Source: the human T2T-CHM13v2.0 reference genome, Homo sapiens. Taken from it: DNA of 64,000 nt. The translations under genes were made by a program, and so were the position numbers. Below the pieces are notes generated by a model that was given only the letters and a program-made list of their open reading frames with translations, searched no databases and was not told the origin of the DNA. Location of the stretch: NCBI RefSeq assembly GCF_009914755.1, contig NC_060942.1; one strand, given 5' to 3'. This document shows positions 42,044 through 64,000 of this stretch, in pieces. Positions within the stretch are counted from its first letter, which is position 1. Each line of letters starts with the position of its first letter.

Positions 42044-43689
42044 CCTCAGTGAGGAATATATAACCAAATCAGAGTTCAAAACCAAATTGTGTAGACAGTA
42101 GGCAAAGACTTTTAAATGTAGGTTCCTCTATCAGTTGACAACTGACTCCCTGCCACCATACCATTTTAAGTAGATGGGAAGCTACTGAATCTTCCTACTA
42201 TTGAACTATCTCATTTTCAGTAAAATTAGGCAGTTTATTGTATATTCAGCAGTGGGAATTAATCAGTGATTTCTTATATCCCCAAATGTATGTATTTTTT
42301 AATAAAGATAAATATGCTAAGATAAAAAAGATATTATCACAGGCCTAAAATACATAACTCTGTGCTAAAATTGAGAGACTAACTAGAAAATCTGAGGAGG
42401 TGAAAAGTTTCTAAAAGGTAAAGAATGTGCAATTTATTTTTGTTACACTATAGTTCTTCAGAGTTCCACAATTATTATTTGTTGAATAAAAAGACAATAG
42501 TGTAATGCAATATTATTTTTGTTTTGTATTATTAGTGCAAAAAGAATCCACTTGCCACTTTGATTTTGGTCAGGAAAATAATTTTCCCTAACACGAGTGA
42601 AATTTGAAATATATCTATCAGAAAATATTTCCATGGAATGGGAATGCAATAAAACACTAAGAACTTGAAATGCTGTTGTAAATCATATTGCACTTTAGTC
42701 ACATTTACATATTTAATAACTGATTAAACAGGGTTTAGTCTTCTTTCTGTGAGACATGCCATTATCTTTGTTGTCTCTGAAGGATTTTGCACTCAATATT
42801 TGTTGATATCAAAAATTCAAAAAATTGTATTCATACCAAAATAGGCTTAGTATCATATTCCAGATTTGTTTGTTCACTTATCCCTAATAAACAACAGAAT
42901 CATTAATTTTCAGGAATGTTATCAGTTTTATTCCATACATATATATTTATGAAACTAAAATAAACTATAGGAATATGAGAATAGGCCCCGTCTGGCCAGA
43001 TTATATGTTAATCTCATCAAACAGTGAATGTCACACAAAGGCCCCTACAGCTTGAAAAAACTAAGCTATGGTTAGCAGAGTTAATTGCCTACAACATATA
43101 ATTCACTTTATAAGATTATAAGATTTCCACACTAAGATTTAAACTTTCAACAAAAATATGATTTATGAATTATTTAAAAATTTTTTTAAAAACAAAATTC
43201 TATTTTAATTTAAGTGTTATCATTTGCATCTCTAATATGATAGATGTATCTGGCCAGATGAAACTTTCAAGTCTAAGGTTAGAAAATTTCAAATTAAATA
43301 CTGCTCAAATTAATGAATATATAAGACAAATGATTAGAAATTACAAAAAGTGTGTTAAGTGAGAGTAATATAGGAGCTCAGGAAAAGATTGTCTAAGTAA
43401 CTTATTTAAGGAAGACAAATTATTTTCCAAAGATTATATAAATATCAGGTTGCAAAGCCAAGAATGGAAGACTTATGTGTAACATTCACTAGACTCCACT
43501 ATTATATGATTTTGTCAACAAAACCTAATTTACTTTATTTAAACTTTTCAACACTTTGTGGATTTATTATAGAGAAAGGTTATACTAAACTTGAATAAAT
43601 TAGATACATATTGATATAATTTGACTTTCTGGCATAAACCCAAAACCATATCAAAGCTCAATTGCTTAAGAGGAGTAATAAATAGAAAA

Positions 43690-44010
43690 AACTTAAAGGT
43701 AGCTGGAACAAAATACAAATTATATGCAATGTCACAAAGATAAGAATGAGAGTAGGTTATTAGCTAGCCATGGTGCAAACTAGAAGACACTGCAGTGAAA
43801 TTTTTCAAGTATTGAACAATTCTGTCAACTTAGAATTCTATGCATAAACTGAAGACTTTTTTTAAACAAACAAAAGCTGATAGAATTTATCTACTAGCAG
43901 ACATGCACTACAAAAAATCTTAAAGGGTTTTCTTCAAGAAAACAATTTTGAAAATTAAAAACAGGGCAAAAGATTTGTTTTGTTTTGCATTTAAAATAAT
44001 CTAAGAGATA
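43690..44010 (+). mobile_element. Old L1M ORF1 fragment
   Basis: ctgtcaacttagaattctat and aaaagctgatagaatttatctactagcagacatgcactac. Confidence 0.65.
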
Positions 44011-44758
44011 ATGGGAACTTCTGAGGAGCTGGAGACAAAGGCAGCTGCTTAGCTCCCTTCTTTCACTATGTCTTCCAAAATCAAAATAGGAAGGGAAAAA
44101 GAAAACAGCACATATTCCACACCCTTGACATAACTGAGATATGACAAAACATCAAATTAACTGTGAGGTTTTTTTTTTTTTAAATCAGTGCACGATTTCT
44201 TACCCTATTCTCCCATCCTCTCTCGGAAATCAGATCTGCAAAGCTAGCAATAGACTGAAGGCTAAATCTATAACAATTGCAAAATGACGAAGTCCATCAT
44301 AATTCTGGAAATCCTGAATAAGTGCTCTAAATGATTAGACTATGGACTACAGGAGAAGGACTTAAAAGTACATGAATTTTGACAAGATTAATTTATTTGG
44401 GGGAAGTTAATAAAGGTAGAAAGAAAAGGACAAATACTTTTTGGCAATTGGGAGGTGAATAGGAAAAGAAGTACAAAGGGTGGGGGGCACTGAGTGTCCT
44501 ACAAAACAATGTTGGCCAATAACAGAGATGGTGGGTAACATTGTCTTGTTACTGATATTAATGGCAATGCTACTAAGGTTTCCCTCATTAGGCTATAAAC
44601 TAAGATATATACTCCTCCTTCATCCACACCCCACTGTTGGAAGGAAAGAAGCGCTAACAATAGACTTGAGTTGATCTAAAATCATGGCTGAAATGACAAA
44701 GTCTATTATAATTCTCAAAATACTAAAAAAGTATCCTGATTGTCAGACCATGGGCTAC

Positions 44759-44775
44759 AGAGAGAGAGAGAGAGA

Positions 44776-44813
<38 letters not shown>

Positions 44814-44880
44814 AGGGCAGGGAGAGGGAGGAAATAATAGGAAGAGAAAGAGAAAGGAAGAGAGGAAGAAAAGAAAGATC
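44759..44880. repeat. (GA)n(GT)n(GA)n and purine-rich tract
   Basis: Direct reading. Confidence 0.9.
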
Positions 44881-46615
44881 AGAAAACTATAGATATACAT
44901 CTCTCATGAATTTAGATGCAAACATAGTTTTAAAAATGTTAGCAAGAATCTGGAAATACATTAAATGGAAAATACTTCATGACCAAATGTGGTTTCTCCA
45001 ATATATGCAAGGTAACTTCAACATTTGACAATCATCCCTGACTTCACACCAAGTTAAAAAAAAAAAAAAGCTCTACCTGGTTTATAAACCTAAATGTAAA
45101 ACTTAAAACAATAAATGTTCAAAAATAAATGTTAGAGAAAATATTTTTCCCCTTAGGTTAGGCAAAAATTTCTTATGAATGACACTATATAAATTAAATA
45201 TCAGAGAAAACACTGATAAATTGGGCTTTATCAACAATTTTTAAAATTTACACTTTAAAATAAACTTAAGAAATGGACTGTAAATAATATTTGAAAAACA
45301 TGTGCCTGATAATAGTCTTGTATCCAGAATACACAACATATGTCTACAATTCTGAAACAATAACTTAGTTTTATCTTTTTTAGTGGGAAAAAAATTTTAA
45401 ACAGATGCTAAGCAACCAAGCATAAGATGCCCAGTATAAATAATCATCAGGAAAACGAAATGAGAAAACAGAACACACCTTTACCAGCGGTAATTTTTTA
45501 AGTTCTGGTGAAGATATAAAATAACTGAACATTCATTAGTGTCAGAATTGCATAGTTAGAAGCACTCTGAAGAATATTGGATAGTGTTTTATAATACCAC
45601 ACAATTACCATATGATCCAACATGCTCACTTCTAGACATTTACTCAAGAGAAATAGAAACATAAGTCCAAACAAAGACCTGCACAAAAATGTTCATAGCA
45701 GCTTTATTCATAATTGCTGAAAACTGGAAGCAACCCAAATGCCTATCAACTGATCCATGGTAAACAAACTGTGGTAAATTCGCACAATTAAATACTAGTT
45801 AGCATTAACAAAACTTACTTATACATATAGTAATAAGGATAAAACTAAAAAGCAATGTTACATGCAAGAGCTGTGAAACAAAAATTAAATTCTACATTAT
45901 CTCATTTATATAGCATTCTAGAAGACAATTAATATTGCGGGTTGCCAGGAATTGAGGCAAGGCGAGAGGACTGACTGTAACCTGGCAGGTGGGATATTTG
46001 GGAATGATGCTATGCCTTGATATGTGCTATGCCTTGATTCTGTGCTATGCCTTGATTGCCTTAGTGGTTGCATGGCTCCAAATATTTGTTAAAACCCTGA
46101 GACTGTACTAGTAAAAACAGCAAATGTAACTATATATAAATTATTACATTGTAAACCTGACTGATAAAAGGTCCAAAAGATGGAAAAGAAAAAGCCATAA
46201 AAACACTAATCAAAATAAACCTGTAGAGGCTAATATTAGTATCACATAATATGGACTTTAAAACAAGAAATATAGCCAGGAACAAAGCGGGTAATTCTAT
46301 AATGATAAAGCAGTCAACTCATCAAGAGGGCTAAAAAAAAAAAATCCTCAGTGAATATGCACATAATAATAGAGCTTCAAAAAACAAGAATCAAAAACTG
46401 AACTGAAAGCAGAAATAGACTAATTCACAATTATGGCTAGGGATATTAATGTTCTTCCTCAGTTAATAATAAATTTGTAGAACTAATAGACAGTAAAGAT
46501 ATAAAAAACTTAGCAGTGTCAATCAACTTGACCTAATTGACATTCCACTTAACAAGAAGAAAATACACATTGTTTTCAAGTGCCTATAAACATTAATCAA
46601 GGTAGAAGTTATTAT
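44880..46615 (+). mobile_element. Old L1M fragments (RT piece, 3' end, endonuclease piece)
   Basis: NYRYTSLMNLDANIV…HDQMWFLQYMQGNFNI resembles L1 RT NFRPISLMNIDAKIL…HDQVGFIPGMQGWFNI; aatgttcatagcagctttattcataattgc at the 3' end; EN-like sequence at 46180-46610. Confidence 0.8.
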
Positions 46616-48470
<1,855 letters not shown>

Positions 48471-51400
48471 AAATCCATGTTATAGCAGCTTTGGGCAACC
48501 AACTCAAAATGTTCTAGCTTTCTGAAAGTGCCAGTTAAATGATAGTGGGATGCATTGCCAATTGGATGCTCTGTAAAGAAAGAGTCCCTTGGAAGATTCC
48601 TCTATTTGTCACTAAGCTTTTATAAGATTTTTATAGTTTTTGTTCTTTTTGGATGTTACTAACATCCACTAAGAATCTAGGCAGGTTTAAACATCTCTGC
48701 TGTGAAAACTAAATAAAAAGGGAAATAAATGAAAAAAGTATATCTTATGGCAGAATTAAAGCCAAAATTGTGTTATGGAGTCTTCATAGGGAATTTTTGA
48801 AAATGTAACTAGTAGAATTTTATTCCCTTTAATATGGTGAGCCAGTAAATAGTTACTTTATACTTTTCAGGATTCAATATTTAGCCTTCAGAATGGAGAT
48901 CATAAATAGTGCATAGGGATATTTAGATTTTTAGTTTTGGGTACAACTAGGCAATGAGCAAAATACTGTAACTGGATGTAAATTGGTCAGTAGATGTAAT
49001 GGGAGGTCCTTTTGAAATGTTTAATTTGGGATCACAAAGGAGGAATTAAACGTGCAGATGGCGTGCATCCATCCAGTACAACATGAGATACTGTCATGCA
49101 CATTGTGTGTTTATGCACATATCATTTATATACACACCATAATGCATTTTTTTCTATAAATAGTTTTGTGTGATAGATGAGAAAACCAACATTTGTTGAA
49201 GTCAACTATTTATCCCATGTTATACACAGTGGGTGGGTGGTGGAATAAAATCTGGATCTAGGGACACATACTCCTAGATCTCGCACTTTTAAGGCTATAT
49301 GGACTATGGTCTCTTTTTGTAGTCAAGAGAGGCATGCATAAACTTAAATACAGCAAACTGCCCTAAGTTTAAGATGACAAAAAAAAATTGAAGACTATTA
49401 CAGCACATAGTTCATGCTTGGTCCTGCCAACTGAGAAGGTAGGGTACACACAGGGGTGGCTAGAATGAAATTTCAAGAAGACCATCATATGTTGTAATGT
49501 TTAGCTGTGCCGAGGATTATTTATACAAATTTAGCAATTTTGGATTTTTTGTTAATTTTCCTTGAGCTTTGCCATCATCATATTTTGCAAAGACCTGACA
49601 CATTTTGCTTAGAGCTTTCTTTTTTTAAAAAATCTGTTTAATCCTTTGATAAAATCAATTTCTGTATTCCCACAAGAAAACTTCATTAAATATTCCATAT
49701 GCAGTTGGCATCATTTTTAAACTGCTAAATAATGACGTCTGAAGTACTTATTTTACACATTTATTATGCCAAATGTACAGTTATTTATTATGCTTACATC
49801 CTATGACTCACTAAGGTAACAATACCATAGTGTGCAGGGATTTACTCTGGCTATTAATTAACATGTTAAACGATACATATGCTATTATTTACTGATTTTA
49901 ATTATAGAATTTTTTTTGTAAATTAGCCTCCAAAATTTAGGAGTTCAAAGTTTGTCACTGAACTGTACTTTTTTCTTACTTTTGATATTAAATTCATCAA
50001 AATATATCCTCTCAAGTTATTTATGTTCCAGGAATTTTATTATGATATGGTTTGTAATTGGATTTCAAAATATTGTTATAGAATAATAGATTTTACTTTC
50101 TTTGAAGCATATTCTAAGGAACAAAATCAATAATGTAAATCCATTAAATTAATATTGAGTCTCTTTTCTGATATTCCAGTCACTATTTCCCATTACTTTC
50201 TTACTTTACCAGGTCCTCATGGGCTTATGTAATTGCCTGCCAAAACTGCATTTAGGAGGTGCCAGGGTATCTCAAGTTCCTGAGCTCATTTCATTTGTGA
50301 CTTTTTAAAGCTGGCAGTGAAGTCATGTCTTCATGTCTTTTCAACATGAGACTCCAAGGAATTGCACAGATAAAGAGCTGAAAGAAAAAGTTGAAAAGAG
50401 TCAAAAGCAAGCTGGACTAGAAGGGGATACAAGCAGCCCAAAAACAGCAGAAAGCACAGCTTCAAAGTAGAATATGTGGGATCTCATGATACACATAGAT
50501 ATCAAAAGAAAAACAAAGGGTAACGTTTTGATATTCACCTAACCTTCAAAAGGAAGCCTCCAGAGAAATTGAAGAAAGCATTTTAAGCAATATCTACCTC
50601 TGAGATTGAACTTGTCTAAAAGATGTAGATCGAAATGAATAACAATTTTCTTTCAGAAGGCCATTCCATTCCTTACATGTGGAAATAGTGCTTTATATAC
50701 ACAGTGGTATAACACTTTGTTTTTCGTGAAAAAAGCTGTGATCTAGGGGAGACTGTGGCTAGGGTTTTCAGATTAGAAACAGTGTAGTGTTTCTTTACTT
50801 TAAGTAAAAATGCACTTATTGTTATAATGAGTTAAAGTTAATATATGTTTAACTAAAATTGTTTCAATTTATACACAATTTATGAAACTATGCTTTATGC
50901 AAATAATTGATCCATCAGAAATTATCATTTTCATTAGCGTTACTTGAGATTTCTTGAAACAAGTTTTTCAAGCCAATCCTCAGACTAAATCTCCATACCC
51001 GATAGATTCTAATCTCAATATATAAGACATTGTCATTTATGTTGTGAAAGGTTAGTCATCCTTCCCGTGTTGATAGGCATATTGACACTTTTTACATGTA
51101 ATGATATTCAAAATAACTTTAATTTAAAATTTGTTTATGTAATTTTATGTGGACAGAGAGTTAGGTAGTTGAGTCTGAGTACAACAAAATCCATTGGTAA
51201 TATTATTGATCAGGAATCACATGAAGTGATGCAAATTCTTTTGTGAATCAAATCACTTATTTCAAGTGGAATCTGGCTTATAAATGCAGTGTTCCATCTA
51301 CTGCTAAAGGCATGGATCACTCACAATAAAATTGGGTATATCAAACATGCCAAGGTTTGGTTCTGATATGGTTGGTTTCTCTACCAAAAGATTATATATA

Positions 51401-51609
51401 AAACAATATTTTAGGCATTTAAGTACCTTATAGGAAGCCTTCTGAAAGAAATCAGTTAATAGCAAGATCAAAGCCACCAGTATTTTATTAATAAATGAAA
51501 TTATTTCATAAATTACTTTGGGTTATGTCTACATATCTTCCTCACCCAGCCTGGAAATTATTAATGGGAAATTAAGTAAAATGGATTTCATTGCATTTTT
51601 TTCAATAAC

Positions 51610-53090
51610 AGTAATGCAGCTGAATCTCTGCTGCTAGCCACAATGGATTAACCTGCCACCTGAAACAGCAGCAAAACAAAAATGGACAAAATATGAGAGA
51701 GAGTGGTTTTCAAGATATCAGACATCAGACATTACACATTGAACAAGATATCAAGAAATAAAGGATAATCATCCATAAGAAATGAAAGTTAAATAAGATA
51801 AGCCATAAAATTAAATCCTTGGGAGAATTTCTAGGCATTGGTACTCGGAGGGCAATGCCAGAGCCTGGTAAATATGTTAGGTTTAAGAGATGGAGTTGAG
51901 AGAACACTGAGACCAAGACAACTAGACTAAGAAAGACGGAGTCCCTTAGAGGAAAGATGTGCAAAGAGAGAAAACTCCAGAGACCTGAAGATGGCCCCTG
52001 CTGAGTATTCAGCTGAATGCTCATCAGTGCACACTGTGGGGAAATAACCTAAGGCAAGGGAAAGAGCCATCTTAGAGGAGGAGAGGGAACAATCTTCAGT
52101 GCTCACACAAGCTTGTTTCTCTTGCACAGACAGAACACTTCATGACACACAGGGCATTAAACAGAGTACTCAGAAGAATATAGTAACAGGAGTAAGGATA
52201 ATTTTCAGAGACTGAGTGAGGATCTCACCTAATAAATCTTAAAAGCAATATGCGAAAAGACAAGTTTCCAAATAACTGCACCACGCAATGTTCAAGAATA
52301 GTGTTAGGAATACAAAAAAAAAATCCAATAACCAATAAAGTATTCAAAGTTTTTGGCAATTAAACAAAAATAACAGGCATTCTAAGAAAGCAGGAAAATG
52401 AAAACTGGTAAAAATAAGAAAAATGTCATCAAATAAAACAAGCCCGGAAATGACAGAGATGTTAGAATTAAAAGACCAGTGCATTAACATAGTTATTTTA
52501 ACTGCAATGAATAAGTTCTGAGACAAAAATATTCTAGAGATATTGAAAATGAATACACAGACTGATGTGCTAGAAATGAAAATTATAATGGATATGATAA
52601 AAAAGTGTGCTGGACACTGAATAAGATCAGTAGCAGACTGGACATTTCACAGGGAAAAACAAGACACTGAAGTAAGAAGCAAAGCAAAAGAAACTCCCTA
52701 ATCTCAAAGAGATCAGCAGATTAATCTTACCAGTAGGTTCTAGAAAGTCCTTTAAGCTACAGGGAGATGATACCAGGTCAAAATATAGATTTACACAAAG
52801 GAATGTGGAACAATGGGAATGTTAACCATGTACACAAATATCTAATTTTAAAAAATTAAGTACTTCTTACTAAAGCATAATTGTTTAAATAGCAGTGCAG
52901 TGTGGGGTTTACTACATACATAAAATAAAATGTATGATACCAGGAGCACAAAGGACAGGAATAGGGAAATGAAAATACGCAGTTACAACTTTCTTATAAC
53001 GTAGGTGAAATGGTGATAATATCACTCAAAGGTACGCTGTGATAAGTTATAGAGGTACACTAAAGCTACCACTGAAATGACAAAATAAAG
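51610..53090 (+). mobile_element. Old L1M (MC/MD-type) 5'UTR-ORF1 fragment
   Basis: gagagaaaactccagagacctg…gagtattcagctgaatgctcatcagtgcac, followed by A-rich ORF1-like sequence. Confidence 0.65.
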
Positions 53091-53092
53091 TT

Positions 53093-53340
53093 ATACAAAC
53101 CAAGACTGCCTTAAGGTTCCCCTCAGCTTGAGTAAATTTTCTTACTATGAGGCCCTGACCTCACTTTTCTCAGAACATTTCATTTAGAAAACTCAGAATC
53201 ATAAATTCTTTTTCTGCCCTTTGGAGATGTAAATCTTCTTCCAGTCTCTTGCCAGTTTTACAGTTCAGGAATGTCTTTCTCAAGGACATAGACGCCATCC
53301 CTTTGAAATGTAATCAAGAAAGACAGCATCCCTATTCCCA
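53093..53340 (+). mobile_element. ERV1 (MER4-group, MER67-like) LTR fragment
   Basis: aggccctgacctc, gagatgtaaatctt and aggaatgtctttctcaaggac…ccatccctttgaaatgtaatca. Confidence 0.6.
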
Positions 53341-53401
53341 GAACAACTGCAAACAGAAATAGATAAATCAATGATTATGGTAATAAATGTCAATATCTCT
53401 T

Positions 53402-53749
53402 TGATACGGATTGAATATTTTTGTGCCATGAAATCTATAGTTTGAAGTCCTAACCACTAAGTTATGGTATTAGGAGGTGAGACACTTGGGTGTTATATAG
53501 GTTAAGAGGATGGCGCTCTCATGAGTGGGATGAGTGCCCTTATAAAACAGGGTTGAGAGAGCCGTTTTGCCCCTTATGCCACAGGGAGAAGATGGCCATC
53601 TATGACCTAGGAAGTTTGCCCTCACCAGACACTGAATCTGCAGCTGCTTTGATATTGGACCTCCAGAACTGTGAGAAATAATCTCTGAGGAATAAATAAG
53701 CCACTCAGTTTAAGGTATTTTGTTAAAGCAATCCAAATGGACAAAGACA
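53402..53749 (+). mobile_element. MLT1A-type solo LTR
   Basis: tgatacggattgaat…ccctcaccagacactgaatctgc…cctccagaactgtgagaaataa…ggacaaagaca. Confidence 0.9.
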
Positions 53750-54168
53750 TGGTCTGTCAATCATTGATAGAACAAATAAAAATGTAGTAAATACATAAAG
53801 AGATTAATAGTGCCATTCTCCAGCATGACTTACATCAATAGAGTATGCTTCATCCAATAACAACAGAATATACATTATTTTCAAGTGCACATGGAACATT
53901 TATATAAATAGATAATATTATGAGCAATAAAATAAGCCTCACATTTAAAAGTTTCAAATAATGCAAAGTAATATATCATATATAAAGAGTTATTGTTAAT
54001 GGATATAAAGTTTCAGTTTTACAAGATGAATGAATTACCATCTGGAGATAGATGGTAATGATGGTTGCATATCATTATGAATACATTTAATATCATTGGA
54101 CTGTACAGTTGAAAATTGTTAAGATGTAACATTTTATTTTGTGCCTTTACTGCAATTAAAAAAAAACA
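53750..54168 (+). mobile_element. Old L1M EN and 3'-end fragments
   Basis: acagaatatacattattttcaagtgcacatggaacatt and aaagtttcagttttacaagatgaa. Confidence 0.7.
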
Positions 54169-54172
54169 AACT

Positions 54173-60855
<6,683 letters not shown>

Positions 60856-60859
60856 ATAT

Positions 60860-63080
<2,221 letters not shown>

Positions 63081-63170
63081 AATGTATATTTTAAAATGTG
63101 TACAGTAATTGTTGCTTAGGTCTAAGAAGAGGGAAAAGACAGGTGGATAGTGTAGAGGATCTTTGATCCT

Positions 63171-63262
63171 ACATTGACCAAATATACAGTTTGCCTATGT
63201 TTGAGGGGTTCCAACATTAAAACAAGGCAAGTCTTGTGCAAACTGGGACAAACTACTCATCC
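63171..63262. mobile_element. MER81/MER94-like hAT-Blackjack MITE remnant
   Basis: tgacc…gtttgcc…gaggggtt…taaaac…gcaaactgggac…tcatcc, with decayed inverted ends. Confidence 0.5.
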
Positions 63263-64000
63263 AATTCAATCCTCACTAAGACATGCTTTATGATGATCTC
63301 CACTTATATTTATCCAAGAAAGTCCTGCATAGAGAAAACAAGGTCAAGTAAACTTACATTCTAGCTAACTAATCCAAATTTCAACCCTGAACTGACAATA
63401 TTAATGAATGGGCTGATGGCGTGGGTCACGTTTGCCTGGATAATAGGCAAGTGCAAGTAGCTTGGCCTGTTTTTCCTACTTTACCTGAGGAAGCTTCTCG
63501 ATTCAGTTTTGGGATTCCCAAAGCATGGGTCCATTCAAAGAAAAAGGCATGCAGATGTGTAGATCATTTCAACCACAGTAAGGAGAGGGATTCCAACAAG
63601 AATGGTACTGCTGTGAGTGCTTGGCCTACAGAATTCAATGTTTTCTCTCTTTGTTTCTGTGCACCTTCCTGAATTCCCATTGCCCAATCATGGCAGGCGT
63701 GTGTTTCTGGCCTACATCAGTGTTCCTTCCCCCTCTGAACAAAGAGACGAAGGAGATAAGAAAACTTAAAAATTATTCCCCTGAATCTATGGACCTGTAG
63801 TTTTCTTGTTAAATAAATGGTACAGGCTATCACATAACTGATTTTGTTCCAATATCAACAATTTTAATATGTAACTGAGAGACTTGAGAAAAATTAGGTA
63901 AAGAGAATCTGATTTGGGGTTTCTTCTAAGAATGATAGTTCTGTTAGCACAGAAACAAAAGCAAACAAAACTACAGAAGCATCAGTCATAGGAGCCCCAG

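Noticed and set aside
46008-46062. Short repeat tgctatgccttga x3 (CRISPR-like?)
   Set aside because: Simple tandem slippage inside an L1 3'UTR; no unique spacers; eukaryotic context.

Overview
This is primate (catarrhine, probably human) nuclear DNA, judged from AluY/S/J, L1PA and Hsmar1 content. It is AT-rich and gene-poor, either intergenic or deep intronic. I see no credible protein-coding gene, RNA gene or CRISPR array; the ORFs in the track are transposon-derived, microsatellite-derived or chance. Much of the window is interspersed repeat: a decayed ERVL gag-pro fragment with its LTR, many MaLR/ERV LTRs, L2/MIR relics, old L1M pieces, a near full-length L1PA15/16 (54.2-60.9 kb), about 10 Alus, MER58A, and a near full-length Hsmar1 mariner (35741-36986) with both ITRs and TA target duplications. 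Notable points: (i) three separate (TA)n-rich tracts each carry a fold-back copy of their own flank (3982-4063, 27503-27556, 29615-30087); (ii) the Hsmar1 copy has the SETMAR-like YSPDLLPTNYH catalytic motif, one near-intact ITR and a co-oriented solo LTR 90 bp upstream; (iii) a diverged ~80-bp direct duplication; (iv) several repeat-free blocks rich in homeobox motifs that may be enhancers. I found no convincing novel biological system. Repeat subfamily calls come from my recall of consensus sequences, and boundaries of old elements are approximate.
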